This document shows, piece after piece, positions 36,482 through 46,450 of a stretch of 64,000 nt of DNA (its first letter is position 1; every line of letters starts with the position of its first letter). The DNA comes from an uncultured virus (IMG/VR IMGVR_UViG_3300046007_012347) (lineage: Duplodnaviria > Heunggongvirae > Uroviricota > Caudoviricetes), in the IMG/VR virus record IMGVR_UViG_3300046007_012347. One strand, written 5' to 3'. Made by a program: the position numbers and the translations under genes. The notes below the pieces were generated by a model. It did not search any database and was not told the DNA's origin. It saw only the letters and a program-made list of their open reading frames with translations.

Positions 36482-37384
36482 ATGACATTCTTTGTTGGGC
36501 ATACTGGCATGGTGCGCCTACGGCGCAGAAGCTTAGAGGACGTTGATTTGCCAATCAATGTGGATGCAAGTCAAATTAACACTACGTTGAATAGGCTTTA
36601 TTTCGAGGGAAGCGAAGATAACATTCTGACGGGAGATCAGCTTTTTATTTCCACTGAAGACAGCAGAGGGCTAGCGTTTTTCTCTGCAGAGGCATGGCCC
36701 ACATCTTTGCAGGTGCAAAAATATTTGCGTGTTTATGTCAATGTGAATGCCCTTGGTGGACTTCGGTTTTACGATACATTTGTAGATGCAGTTAATAATA
36801 ATAGAGAGAATGAACTAGCGCTGTCGGCAGATTTTGGTGCGCCCATCGCTGCCACTATTGTCGTTAGAGACAGTCGTTACAACACCCTGGGTTCTGTCAT
36901 TTCTTATGACATCAATACTGATCGAGCGGCAGTAGAGACAACTAGCCTTTCCGATAAATTCAAGCAGCAATACTCGGCTGGCTTGATCAGTGGTAGCGGA
37001 AGCATCGAATGCCTGTTCAGTTATCAAACAGTTGCAGACGAAGAAGCGCCTTTGTTTTTGCTACAGACAATTCAACGCTTAGATGCTGGTAGCGAGCTGA
37101 GCATGCTTCTGTCATTGTCTCCGCCAGAAGGAGAACGTAGTGATTATTCTGCATCGTCAAACGAAGTGTTCTATGAAGTACAGGCGGTAATCACTCGTGC
37201 TGGCGTAACAGTTCGCTCTGACGCACTCATTTCATGCTCCATTGACTTTCTGACTACTGGCGAATTCAGAGTAAAAGTGGGCGTACCAAATGAATATATC
37301 CTGAAGGAAGACTTTGATCTCATTGAAACGGAAGAGAATCAAGAAACTGGCCTTGGCTTCTTGCTACAAGAAATCACCGATTAA
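36482..37384 (+). CDS. Structural protein with C-terminal tube-like domain
   Basis: ISYDINTDRAAVETTSLSD...SGSGSI parallels the preceding gene. Confidence 0.6.
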   Translation: MTFFVGHTGMVRLRRRSLEDVDLPINVDASQINTTLNRLYFEGSEDNILTGDQLFISTEDSRGLAFFSAEAWPTSLQVQKYLRVYVNVNALGGLRFYDTFVDAVNNNRENELALSADFGAPIAATIVVRDSRYNTLGSVISYDINTDRAAVETTSLSDKFKQQYSAGLISGSGSIECLFSYQTVADEEAPLFLLQTIQRLDAGSELSMLLSLSPPEGERSDYSASSNEVFYEVQAVITRAGVTVRSDALISCSIDFLTTGEFRVKVGVPNEYILKEDFDLIETEENQETGLGFLLQEITD

Positions 37385-37459
37385 TTGCAGCTTGATTAAT
37401 GAGGCTTAGTGAATGGCTACAATTGGTTGTAGCATTGTATCATTAGGCCGAATCGAGAC

Positions 37460-40459
37460 ATGGCTGACCAAAGAATTTCGGAACTTTTTGAAATTAGCAG
37501 CAGTGGCGTTGCGTCTAATGACGTGCTTCCTATTGTTGACACTAATGTCAGCCAGACCAAGAAGATTACGGCTAAAAGCTTAGCGGAGGCTGGATTTCGC
37601 ATTGCCGATGATTCAACGTTAAGTGGCTCTAAACTTACTGCCACCAGCGTTACTAGCGATAAGCTTGCCAGTGATGCAGTTACAACGGCCAAGATTGCAG
37701 ATAGTGGTGTCACTTCCGCAAAGATTAATAGTGGTGCGATAGGGGCTACGCAACTTGCATCGTCTGGTGTTACAACGGTCAAAATACAAGACGGTGCCGT
37801 TACGTTTGCAAAGATTCAAGACGTTAGTACTAATACTCTTCTTGGGCGATCAACGGCTGGCATTGGAGATGTAGAAAGCATTTCTTGCACTGCTGCGGGA
37901 CGTGCTGTAATTGGCGCTTCTGATGCAGCCGCCCAGCGCACTGCATTGGGACTAGGGAACATTTCTCTCGCCACTGGCACATGGTCTAATGGTGCCACTG
38001 TGAGCGGCACTAATACTGGTGATCAAACTATCACGCTTTCTGGCGATGTCACTGGCACTGGCACCTCTGGCATTGCAGTGACTATTGGCGAGGGGGCCAT
38101 TGACACGACCAAGATTGCTGATGGTGGCGTTACTACTGAGAAGATTGCCGACGATGCAATTACTGGCGCAAAGATGGCGGACAATTCTGCTGCCATTGTT
38201 TCTACCGCCGCCCCTTCCGCAAATGGCGACTACATTGGACAACAATATTTAAACTCTGTTACAAATATTGAATATACGTGGACTGGAGAGGAATGGAGGC
38301 AGCAGGCAGGTCTCACTTCTCTTGTGTTTCCTTCTGATGCACTGTTTACTTATAGCACTGATTTAACAGTGGCGAATACTGCCACTATTTCGGGCGTCTT
38401 AAACACACAATCTGCAGCGCATTTCTTTGCGGGACCAACCAGTGGTTCTGATGCAAAGCCAACATTCAGAGCAATTGCTACCACTGATTTGCCGGTGGCC
38501 ACTGATTCCACGCTTGGCGTGGTACGTCCTGGAAGTGGCTTAGTAATCAATGCAAACGGAATTATTGACCATAGGAATAGTACAACAAGCGGTGATTATT
38601 ACAAAGTGACAGTGGACGCAAATGGTCACGTCACGAACGGGGATACCGTGCTTATTGCAGGAGATATTCCGGCTTTAGATGCAAGCAAGATTACCACTGG
38701 CACTTTTGGCACTGCATTCATTGGTAACGATTCCATTGACGGAACCAAGATTGGAGATCGCGTGGTTTGCAATTTTGGGGAAACACGTCCAGCCGCCGGC
38801 GATTTTGTTGGACAGTTTTTCTATGATCCCATTAATAAAGATACTTATGTTTGGGACTCTAATGTTTGGCAAGAAATTTCTGTTACGGCTGGTGCCATTG
38901 TTCTAGCTGGTCTTTATAACGCAGGCACAAATAGAATCATTTCGCTAACTGGTGCTGGCGCGGCGGTTTCTGGCTTCACTCTCTCTGGGGTGATTCCCGC
39001 TGCGAGCAGTGGAAACTCTGGATATTATTTTCTTGTAAATGCGAGTGGCACTGGCACCGGCAATGCCCCAAATGTGACGCTCATTCCTCCAGATCTTATT
39101 CTTTCCGATGGCAGCAGATGGTATGAAGTGGATGTCAGTAGTTCCTATGTAAGTCAAAATGCAAGTTCTATTGCCTTTACTCCATCTGGAGACGTGAGCG
39201 CTACCACCGTCCAAGCTGCGATTCTAGAGGTGAGTAGTGAATGTAGAGACGCTACAAACATTAGCAGCGGCACGTTGGCTATCGCACGAGGCGGCACTGG
39301 CATTAACTCTTACACAAAGGGCGATCTGCTTGTTGGCTCTGGAACGACTCTTGTTAAGCTGCCAGTTGGCACTAACACTCACGTGTTGGTGGCTGATTCG
39401 ACGACTGGTCCTGGTGTGAGATGGGCAGCCGCGACAAATGGCACAGTTACTACTGTTAGCTGCGTGTCGCCGTTGAGTGTTAGCAATCCAACTACAACTC
39501 CCATAATTTCTGTGGCGGCTGCATCCACAGCCGCTGCTGGCGTTGTCCAACTTACCGACAGCGTAAGCACCACTAGTAGCGGCATTGCTGCCACTGCTAC
39601 TGCTGTTAAGAGTGCTTATGACTTGGCAAATGCTGCTTTGCCAAGGTCTGGCGGCACAATGACTGGCAATTTGCAGCTCAACAGTTCAAGCAGCGTTGTT
39701 TTTCAGGGCACCTCATTTAACACCACCCTTAACATCGTCAATCCTTCTGCCACTCGCGCCATCTCTCTTCCCAATGCGTCTGGAACAATCCTGGTGGGTG
39801 GTGATACTGGTACTCTGGCGAGTTTAAATGTAACCAGTTCTACAAGGCCCAGCAATGGTTTATACTTACCCGCCACTAATACTATTGCTTTATCAACGAA
39901 TGGCGGAAGAAAGTTCTCTGTTGATACTAATGGCTTCGCCAACGGCAATGTTTTGTCTGCCTCTGGCGTTTATCCATGTCATCGTTTTTACAGGCTTGGT
40001 AGCGATCAAACTATTACTCCTGTCAATACAATTAGTGCTAATAAAATGCTTGGCGGCTATACATCTTTGCCATCGGGATACACTTATGCTTTTGAGGCAA
40101 TTGTATATGCGAGCATTTCTAGGCCAAGCGCATCTCCTTCCGGAATCGCAAATATTAGTCTTGTGCCAGTATCTAATACTATGGCAGAGGTTAGCTATGC
40201 CATCAATGACGTGCATGGATTTAATGTATTTCGAGGGAGCGACTTTCCCGCCGTTGAAATTTCTATTCCATCTGGGACTACTTTCACCACTGTAAAATAC
40301 GCAGTAAGAGGAGTTCGGTACGCCGCGAATGATATATCGTTTGGCCTTGCTGCCTATGGTTCAGTAAGTGGCGAAACTTGGACCGTTGAAAAGGGCTCTC
40401 ATATTAAGGTGTGGCCAGTTGCTGCCGGTGAAGCAGTATCAATTGGCGGCTGGGCGTAA
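37460..40459 (+). CDS. Long tail fibre protein
   Basis: Repeated VTTAKIADxx motifs, GVVQLTDS..ATATAVKSAYD, GGTMTG. Confidence 0.85.
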   Translation: MADQRISELFEISSSGVASNDVLPIVDTNVSQTKKITAKSLAEAGFRIADDSTLSGSKLTATSVTSDKLASDAVTTAKIADSGVTSAKINSGAIGATQLASSGVTTVKIQDGAVTFAKIQDVSTNTLLGRSTAGIGDVESISCTAAGRAVIGASDAAAQRTALGLGNISLATGTWSNGATVSGTNTGDQTITLSGDVTGTGTSGIAVTIGEGAIDTTKIADGGVTTEKIADDAITGAKMADNSAAIVSTAAPSANGDYIGQQYLNSVTNIEYTWTGEEWRQQAGLTSLVFPSDALFTYSTDLTVANTATISGVLNTQSAAHFFAGPTSGSDAKPTFRAIATTDLPVATDSTLGVVRPGSGLVINANGIIDHRNSTTSGDYYKVTVDANGHVTNGDTVLIAGDIPALDASKITTGTFGTAFIGNDSIDGTKIGDRVVCNFGETRPAAGDFVGQFFYDPINKDTYVWDSNVWQEISVTAGAIVLAGLYNAGTNRIISLTGAGAAVSGFTLSGVIPAASSGNSGYYFLVNASGTGTGNAPNVTLIPPDLILSDGSRWYEVDVSSSYVSQNASSIAFTPSGDVSATTVQAAILEVSSECRDATNISSGTLAIARGGTGINSYTKGDLLVGSGTTLVKLPVGTNTHVLVADSTTGPGVRWAAATNGTVTTVSCVSPLSVSNPTTTPIISVAAASTAAAGVVQLTDSVSTTSSGIAATATAVKSAYDLANAALPRSGGTMTGNLQLNSSSSVVFQGTSFNTTLNIVNPSATRAISLPNASGTILVGGDTGTLASLNVTSSTRPSNGLYLPATNTIALSTNGGRKFSVDTNGFANGNVLSASGVYPCHRFYRLGSDQTITPVNTISANKMLGGYTSLPSGYTYAFEAIVYASISRPSASPSGIANISLVPVSNTMAEVSYAINDVHGFNVFRGSDFPAVEISIPSGTTFTTVKYAVRGVRYAANDISFGLAAYGSVSGETWTVEKGSHIKVWPVAAGEAVSIGGWA

Positions 40460-40523
40460 TGAAACAAACTTTTACTATTGTTAGAATGCCAATTAATGAT
40501 TGCTTGCAGGATGGGCTCCATCA

Positions 40524-41108
40524 ATGATCTACCCCGCATCGCACGACATTACTATCCTGCAAAACTCTACTTGGCGGGGAGAATTTCGCGCCACTGGAGA
40601 AAGGCAAGAGGTGGATGGCATTACAGTGGTGGCAAGTGGCGCAACAATCACTGCTGACTGCCACCGCTTAACTGCTGGCACGAAAGTAGTGTTCACTGGT
40701 AGTGGTACTTTGCCTTGTGGCTTAGTGGCTAATACTGTTTATTTTGTCATTGCTTCAGGCTTAGGCACTAGTACGTTCAAAGTTTCTGCTACAAGCGGAG
40801 GCACTGAATTGCCAGTAACAGGAGCTGCAAGTGGAGAATTTTATTTTGCTTCTCCACTGAACCTTGCGGGCTACGGCATTGATGCCGATATCAAGAATCT
40901 AAGCAATGACACGCAAGTGGCTACGTTTGTATGTTCAGTGACAGATGCTGCCAATGGCGCTTTCACAGTGGGAATGGCGCCTAGTACTTCTTCTGACATT
41001 GCCACTGGTCGCTATGGTTATGACGTTAGCTTTACCACGGCAGGAGGGGATCGTTACTATTGGCTAACTGGCGTGGCCACTGTTCAACGTACCTACTCCC
41101 GCAACTGA
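40524..41108 (+). CDS. Baseplate-upper/fibre-associated structural protein
   Basis: Beta-rich, GRYGYDV; lies between two fibre genes. Confidence 0.55.
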   Translation: MIYPASHDITILQNSTWRGEFRATGERQEVDGITVVASGATITADCHRLTAGTKVVFTGSGTLPCGLVANTVYFVIASGLGTSTFKVSATSGGTELPVTGAASGEFYFASPLNLAGYGIDADIKNLSNDTQVATFVCSVTDAANGAFTVGMAPSTSSDIATGRYGYDVSFTTAGGDRYYWLTGVATVQRTYSRN

Positions 41109-41219
41109 CGACCCTCGTATTCTCGCTATTAATTTGTTGCCGTTTTGCCATTTAATTATATTCATTGTTAAACCATAAACGAGGCTACAATAAGGCAAGA
41201 AAAGAATTGCTAAAGTCCC

Positions 41220-42494
41220 ATGGCCAATGTTCAACTTGCCGTAGCAGGCGATGATAATACGCAAGTGATCTTGTCGGTGCCTGGAGTGCAGGGGCCAACT
41301 GGCAGTAGCATTCCGCCAAGTGGTACGACAAATCAAATACTTTTTAAGCAAAGCAATACTGATTACAATACTGCATGGAGCTTTGTTACCAATGCAATGG
41401 TGGACAGCAGCGCCGCCATTGCTGGCACCAAGATTAGCCCAAACTTCGGCAGTCAGAGTGTTGTCACCACTGGCACGAGCACGGCTGCATCGTTCATTCC
41501 AACTAGCAGTGGTGTTCCTACCAATGGCATTTATTTGAGTGCGGCAAATAGTATTAGCATTGCAACGAATAGCACACAGCGCCTGCTAATTGATTCTGCT
41601 GGTCAGATCGAGGCGGTTTCGCTGGGTAGTGCTGCAGCACCGACCTATAGCTGGACTGGTGACCCCAACACCGGCATCTACTCCCCCGGCGCTGACCAAG
41701 TAGCGATCTCGACTAATGGCACTGGGCGGCTGTTTGTGGATGCAAGTGGGAATGTAGGTGTTGGCGCAGCACCTGATGGACAACTAAGCCTACTTGGCGC
41801 CAACTCAAATACGCCTCGTTTTCGGATTCAGCACCCAAGCAACGATAAAGATGCTGCTATTTCTACTTATTTTGATGGCGGCGGCACGTACCTTCTTACT
41901 GGATCAAATCATTATTTGAGTTCCACTGGATCAAATACAAAGTTTGACGCCACGTCTGGGTCCTCTGCTTGGTATCTGGATGGCAGTGGACTTGGTATTT
42001 TTTACAACTCTTCTGGTAGCGGCTCAATTACGGAGCGGATGAGAATTAATAATAGTGGTCAAATATTGATCGGTACGACTACTGCCGGCACTGCTGATAC
42101 GGCGGCAATTGGCGGCCAACTTGCAGTAGGAAACCAACGCTTTGCAGAATTACAAAAAACCGTCGGTGTGGGCAGTAGCGTTACCTTTGACATTACCGGA
42201 CCTAATCGTGTTTTAGCAAAAGTTCGCATTATTGTTGGCTATACCGGAAACGCTTCCTATCAAATGCACGCCCAATACGATTACGTTAGCTGTAACAGTG
42301 CAACATCGGGGGCTACGGCGACACTAACGGAAATACTGCAAGTAGAAGCAGGTAACGCTCAATTCAATTACGCAGATCTTACTGTTTCTCGCCCGTCAAA
42401 CGCGACAGTTCGCATCACCTACGCTCCAACTAGTGGAGCCGGCACACATATTCCCCTCATCTACGTTGACGGCGTGTTTAGCTCACTAGCCTAG
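41220..42494 (+). CDS. Second tail fibre/receptor-binding protein
   Basis: GVQGPTG, APTYSWTGDPNTGIYSPGADQ, ERMRINNSG repeats. Confidence 0.82.
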   Translation: MANVQLAVAGDDNTQVILSVPGVQGPTGSSIPPSGTTNQILFKQSNTDYNTAWSFVTNAMVDSSAAIAGTKISPNFGSQSVVTTGTSTAASFIPTSSGVPTNGIYLSAANSISIATNSTQRLLIDSAGQIEAVSLGSAAAPTYSWTGDPNTGIYSPGADQVAISTNGTGRLFVDASGNVGVGAAPDGQLSLLGANSNTPRFRIQHPSNDKDAAISTYFDGGGTYLLTGSNHYLSSTGSNTKFDATSGSSAWYLDGSGLGIFYNSSGSGSITERMRINNSGQILIGTTTAGTADTAAIGGQLAVGNQRFAELQKTVGVGSSVTFDITGPNRVLAKVRIIVGYTGNASYQMHAQYDYVSCNSATSGATATLTEILQVEAGNAQFNYADLTVSRPSNATVRITYAPTSGAGTHIPLIYVDGVFSSLA

Positions 42495-42517
42495 ACCCAG
42501 TAACCCTACTCACTGCG

Positions 42518-42616
42518 ATGCCTCACGCTTCTTACTGCTGCCAACGTTGCGGTGAACAGATCGGGTGGGTTGGGAGATTCTTCCAGCTCATCCGTATTCC
42601 TTTGCACCGTTGCTAG
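42518..42616 (+). CDS. 32-aa Cys-rich microprotein
   Basis: MPHASYCCQRCGEQIGWVGRFFQLIRIPLHRC, translated by hand. Confidence 0.45.
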   Translation: MPHASYCCQRCGEQIGWVGRFFQLIRIPLHRC

Positions 42617-42677
42617 GGCATAATGGTTGGGCAGCGAGTTTGCACCTCCTGCCCCTGGCCACAGTTCCCTAGAAACC

Positions 42678-43040
42678 ATGACCGATCAAGCTTACCGGGG
42701 CGTGCCCCACACACCTTGGGCTAAAGACGGAAAAGTCTTTCTGGCCAACGACGAAGACAGTCATTACACCCAAGAGTTCCACAGCCGCGAGGAAGTACAA
42801 ACCTTTGCAATTCAGTTGCTCGTTAAAGCGAGCGAGGCTTGGCCGCTTGACTGCGAAAAAGCATTAGCCCAAGAAGACTACAGAAGTTTGTGTGCTGAGC
42901 TGATTAACAGCATCCACGCAAGCCGCTGTACTCAAATGGGTTGGACCGAAGAGAAAGAGGATGAATTACTTACACGTGCTGCACTAGCTGTAGGCGAAGG
43001 TTATTTTACGCCGACAGCGTGGAACATTCTTGCCCAGTAG
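42678..43040 (+). CDS. Hypothetical protein
   Basis: ATG ORF (MTDQAY...) within the track ORF. Confidence 0.6.
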   Translation: MTDQAYRGVPHTPWAKDGKVFLANDEDSHYTQEFHSREEVQTFAIQLLVKASEAWPLDCEKALAQEDYRSLCAELINSIHASRCTQMGWTEEKEDELLTRAALAVGEGYFTPTAWNILAQ

Positions 43041-43059
43041 TCATTACCACTAATCACCC

Positions 43060-43215
43060 ATGACTGAAGAACAAATTGAAATGCTTCGCTCCATTATCAA
43101 ACAAGAGATTGAAGCGGCTGGTATTGACGGCATGGAACACGGCGCTTGGGGTTGGGCAGAACGAATGCTTGACGAAAACTGGGAAGAGTTTAGAAAGTCT
43201 TTTGAAGTCCAGTAG
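43060..43215 (+). CDS. 51-aa hypothetical protein
   Basis: MTEEQIEMLRSIIKQEIEAAG...FEVQ, translated by hand. Confidence 0.55.
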   Translation: MTEEQIEMLRSIIKQEIEAAGIDGMEHGAWGWAERMLDENWEEFRKSFEVQ

Positions 43216-43229
43216 TCACCTTCCCTTCA

Positions 43230-43385
43230 ATGTCTGAACACAACTGGCTTGAACCGCTTGATCGTCGAATCAAACAGGTGCAAGAAGAAACAGAAGCTAT
43301 TAAAAAAGAAACTGCTGCGTTGGCTGCTTTGGATCGCCTCTATAAAGAAAACGGTAATGGTATGAAGAGACTTGCTGATAGCTAG
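43230..43385 (+). CDS. 51-aa coiled-coil microprotein
   Basis: MSEHNWLEPLDRRIKQVQEE...RLADS, translated by hand. Confidence 0.55.
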   Translation: MSEHNWLEPLDRRIKQVQEETEAIKKETAALAALDRLYKENGNGMKRLADS

Positions 43386-43437
43386 TAACCGTCTTCACTA
43401 ATCACACCTGGTAAAATAAAATAAAATATCATTAACT

Positions 43438-43503
43438 ATGGCCAACACTGTTTGGGATATTACCAACCTCGAACGCCACCTTGCTGATGGAATCGTCTAT
43501 TAA
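43438..43503 (+). pseudogene. Truncated 5' paralog of the 44091 gene
   Basis: MANTVWDITNLERHLADGIVY* versus MATEFTWNIAQMERALSDGIVM. Confidence 0.7.
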
Positions 43504-44006
43504 AAGCGGGCGAAATTTCCATGATGCTCAAGCGCAGCTTGCTGATAAGCTGCGCTTGCCTCTTCTTTTGTTTCGTAGCGGCCGAGAAATAGGCGTTTTC
43601 CTTTTACTTGTATTTGAGCACGCCACTTAGACCTATTTTTGTCCCAAATTACTCCCTTTGACCCTGAGGTATTGTCTATTCTTACTTTCTGGTTGCATTG
43701 GTTTTGCCTTTTTGTCGCTAATCGCAAATTACTGAAGAGATTGTTGTGAAAATTTCCGTCAACGTGATCTATCAGTAAATCACCGGGATCATTTTTGGTT
43801 ATTAGCAGCCAAATAATTCGATGAGCGCGATATGTAATCTTGTCAATTGTTACGTCTATCGCACAGTGCCCATATGTACCGGCCTCGTCGCCAATCTTGA
43901 TCCATCGGGCGACCGGCACTTTCCAGTGCAATCGACCAGTTTCCTCGTCGTAAGACAGTGATTCATTGATCCGCTCCAAAGGCGGAAGCGGTTTAAAATT
44001 AGACAT
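43500..44006 (-). mobile_element. HNH-AP2 homing endonuclease
   Basis: AHRIIW, IDHVDGNFHNN..SNLR, AP2 motif GVIW..KWRAQI..LGRY. Confidence 0.9.
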
Positions 44007-44090
44007 CAGCTCAGTAAGGTGGGTTGATCATGTCCTAGGTGCTCCAACACGCTGGGACACCTTATTATAGAAATAGATCCCTGAAACAGC

Positions 44091-44402
44091 ATGGCTACTG
44101 AATTCACTTGGAACATCGCTCAGATGGAGCGAGCCCTTTCTGATGGAATCGTTATGACCGTTCATTACACTATTGAAGCCTTTGATGGCGCCTATCGTTC
44201 GTCGGCATACGGCAGTCTTGGCCTTGAGGCTCCCGACGAAGATGAAATAATTCCCTATGCCCAGCTCACGACTGAAATCGTCACTGGTTGGGTGAAGGAA
44301 AAGTTTGGCGACGAGAAAGTGGCTGAAATTGAAGCCGCTCTCGCAGAGCAAATTTCTCAACAGCGCAATCCCACCACTGGCACTGGTCTACCCTGGTCCT
44401 GA
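44091..44402 (+). CDS. Conserved small phage protein, possibly fibre-associated
   Basis: IPYAQLT..V.GWV...GLPW. Confidence 0.7.
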   Translation: MATEFTWNIAQMERALSDGIVMTVHYTIEAFDGAYRSSAYGSLGLEAPDEDEIIPYAQLTTEIVTGWVKEKFGDEKVAEIEAALAEQISQQRNPTTGTGLPWS

Positions 44403-44533
44403 TGGCATCAAACAAAACTATTAACGGGCAAAAGCTCCATCAGCCAAATAAAAGCAAGCGCACGCGCCAAGGTAATGGAGCGAATAGTAAAGCTTCTCAC
44501 GGACGAAAGCTTCTGAGAGGGCAAGGTAAATAA
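44402..44533 (+). CDS. 43-aa highly basic peptide
   Basis: ...KRTRQGNGANSKASHGRKLLRGQGK, translated by hand. Confidence 0.6.
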   Translation: MASNKTINGQKLHQPNKSKRTRQGNGANSKASHGRKLLRGQGK

Positions 44534-44536
44534 TTA

Positions 44537-44561
44537 AGGGGCCAAAAGCCCCTTTTCTTTT
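44537..44561 (+). terminator. Intrinsic terminator
   Basis: aaggggc-caaaa-gcccctt-ttctttt. Confidence 0.7.
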
Positions 44562-44592
44562 GCTAGTACAATGGAAGAAAGAATTATTTCTC

Positions 44593-45816
44593 ATGGGACA
44601 AATTATTGCAGGCGGTGAACAATTTGAAACTCATATTGAAGCTGATTATCGTGGAAAGATTTTACAAAAAGGACCAGACAGTGGCAGTGTAGATGCTTTT
44701 GGAAGGCAGCGGACAAGTGCTCCGTATACGCTTTTTGATAGCACAATGCGCTATGACAAACGTCCTGATCAATGGTTTGACAGCATTGTTGGTAGTGGCA
44801 CTTCCACATTTTTAACGCATCAAAGCAGTGTGGCAATGAGCACCACCACTGCATCGGGAGATACTGTTCTTCGCCGTACTAAACAAAACTTCCCGTATCA
44901 AGCGGGTAAAAGCATGATGCTTTTGCAAAGCTTTGTTGGTGCTCCTCTTGCTTCTGGTCTCATTCAAGAAGTGGGAATTTTCAACGACCAGAATGGCGTG
45001 ATGCTACGTGCCAGTGGTACCACGGTGCAATTTGTTGTTAGAAGCTATGCATCTGGCACTATTAATGAAGACGTGGCAAATCAAAGCGATTGGAACATTG
45101 ACACGCTTTCTTCGCTTAACTTTGCCAAAGCGCAAATCTTTACTGCTGATTTGGAATGGCTGGGAGTGGGACGCGTTAGGTGTGGTTTTGTTGTTGACGG
45201 AGAAATAGTTTATTGCCACGAATTTGAGCATTTTAATGCATTGGACAGTGTTTATATGACAACGGCTATTTTGCCATTGTCCTATCGCATTCATAATGCT
45301 AGAGCTCAAGCGTCATCGGCAACAATGAAACATATTTGTTGCAGCCTGCTAAGCGAAGGCGGCTATGAGCCAGACGGTGCCATTTATTCAGTGTCGCATA
45401 GCCTTTCAACAGTGCCCAACACTTCCGGAGAACGCATCACTGCCGGTATTCGCATGGCCAGTGGTCGTACCGGTAATGTCATTCTTCCCGTGAGGATTTC
45501 TACAACCACTGGTTCTAGTGATGTGGTGTTGTGGCGACTACGATTGAATCCTACTCTTTCTGGCGTAACGTGGACTGCTGCCAGCAATGGTAGGGGCAAT
45601 GTAGAAGTGACGACAAGCGGCACTGCTACGGGGGGCACTGTGATTGATTCTGGTTTTGTCAGTCAAGGCAATGCCAATAACTATGCAGTGGCAGAAGCCA
45701 TTCGCTTAGCGCTGGGGCAAAATGCCTCTGGCGTTAGCGACACTTTGATTCTTACTGTGGACAGTGACACGAGCGCTAAAGCTTTAGGCATGATTGGCTG
45801 GGTGGAAGTGGTTTGA
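44593..45816 (+). CDS. Beta-rich virion structural protein
   Basis: DAFGRQRTSAPYTLFDS, YQAGKS, EWLGVGRVRCG. Confidence 0.65.
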   Translation: MGQIIAGGEQFETHIEADYRGKILQKGPDSGSVDAFGRQRTSAPYTLFDSTMRYDKRPDQWFDSIVGSGTSTFLTHQSSVAMSTTTASGDTVLRRTKQNFPYQAGKSMMLLQSFVGAPLASGLIQEVGIFNDQNGVMLRASGTTVQFVVRSYASGTINEDVANQSDWNIDTLSSLNFAKAQIFTADLEWLGVGRVRCGFVVDGEIVYCHEFEHFNALDSVYMTTAILPLSYRIHNARAQASSATMKHICCSLLSEGGYEPDGAIYSVSHSLSTVPNTSGERITAGIRMASGRTGNVILPVRISTTTGSSDVVLWRLRLNPTLSGVTWTAASNGRGNVEVTTSGTATGGTVIDSGFVSQGNANNYAVAEAIRLALGQNASGVSDTLILTVDSDTSAKALGMIGWVEVV

Positions 45817-45849
45817 CCAGCTAAGCTAAGGGCTCTTGTCTTTCCTTCC

Positions 45850-46056
45850 ATGGATGCCTTTAAGGACCAGTGGTACAAGCAGCAAGTGGATCACATCTCT
45901 GAGGCTCTTCAAGAGCTGCTCACGGACGACGATCCTGCCGTTGCCATCAAGGGGCTAAGCGAAGCTATTAGCGAGTGGGAAACTTACCACGAGAAGGAGC
46001 TGGCTAAATGGAAGCGCCTTAGGGCGCTTCTTGCTTGGCATCGAGCCGATACGTAA
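45850..46056 (+). CDS. Hypothetical protein
   Basis: 68-aa ATG ORF. Confidence 0.55.
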   Translation: MDAFKDQWYKQQVDHISEALQELLTDDDPAVAIKGLSEAISEWETYHEKELAKWKRLRALLAWHRADT

Positions 46057-46426
46057 TCCTCAGTTCTCCTCCTAGCGCCTTTACAGCCTCACTAGCGTCC
46101 GCTGGTGGGGCTGTTTCAATGAGGACAGACGGAACGATGGCATCAGGAAGTGGCGTGACGATGGCATCAGGGAAAAGCTTATGAGCTTGTTCGGCCAGAG
46201 CGTTTGCTTTTGTTTCTCGCTCTTCTTTTTCCCATTGTTTCACTAAAACAGCAGCTTGCTGGTCAACTTTCTGCATGACGCCTTTGGTTTTCCATTCTGC
46301 CCAATCAGGCCTGCAATGTGCCATGAGCATTTTGAACCATGGCTTAAAAGCAAGGGAAGGCCGTTTTACGACGGCCCATAAGCCTAGTTCGTAGCAGAGA
46401 GCATTAAACCAAGACTGCCAGTTCAT
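46019..46426 (-). CDS. Hypothetical protein in lysis module
   Basis: Downstream of endolysin. Confidence 0.6.
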   Translation of the reverse strand: MNWQSWFNALCYELGLWAVVKRPSLAFKPWFKMLMAHCRPDWAEWKTKGVMQKVDQQAAVLVKQWEKEERETKANALAEQAHKLFPDAIVTPLPDAIVPSVLIETAPPADASEAVKALGGELRITYRLDAKQEAP

Positions 46427-46450
46427 TTGCTATTTGCGAATGGCGAATGA

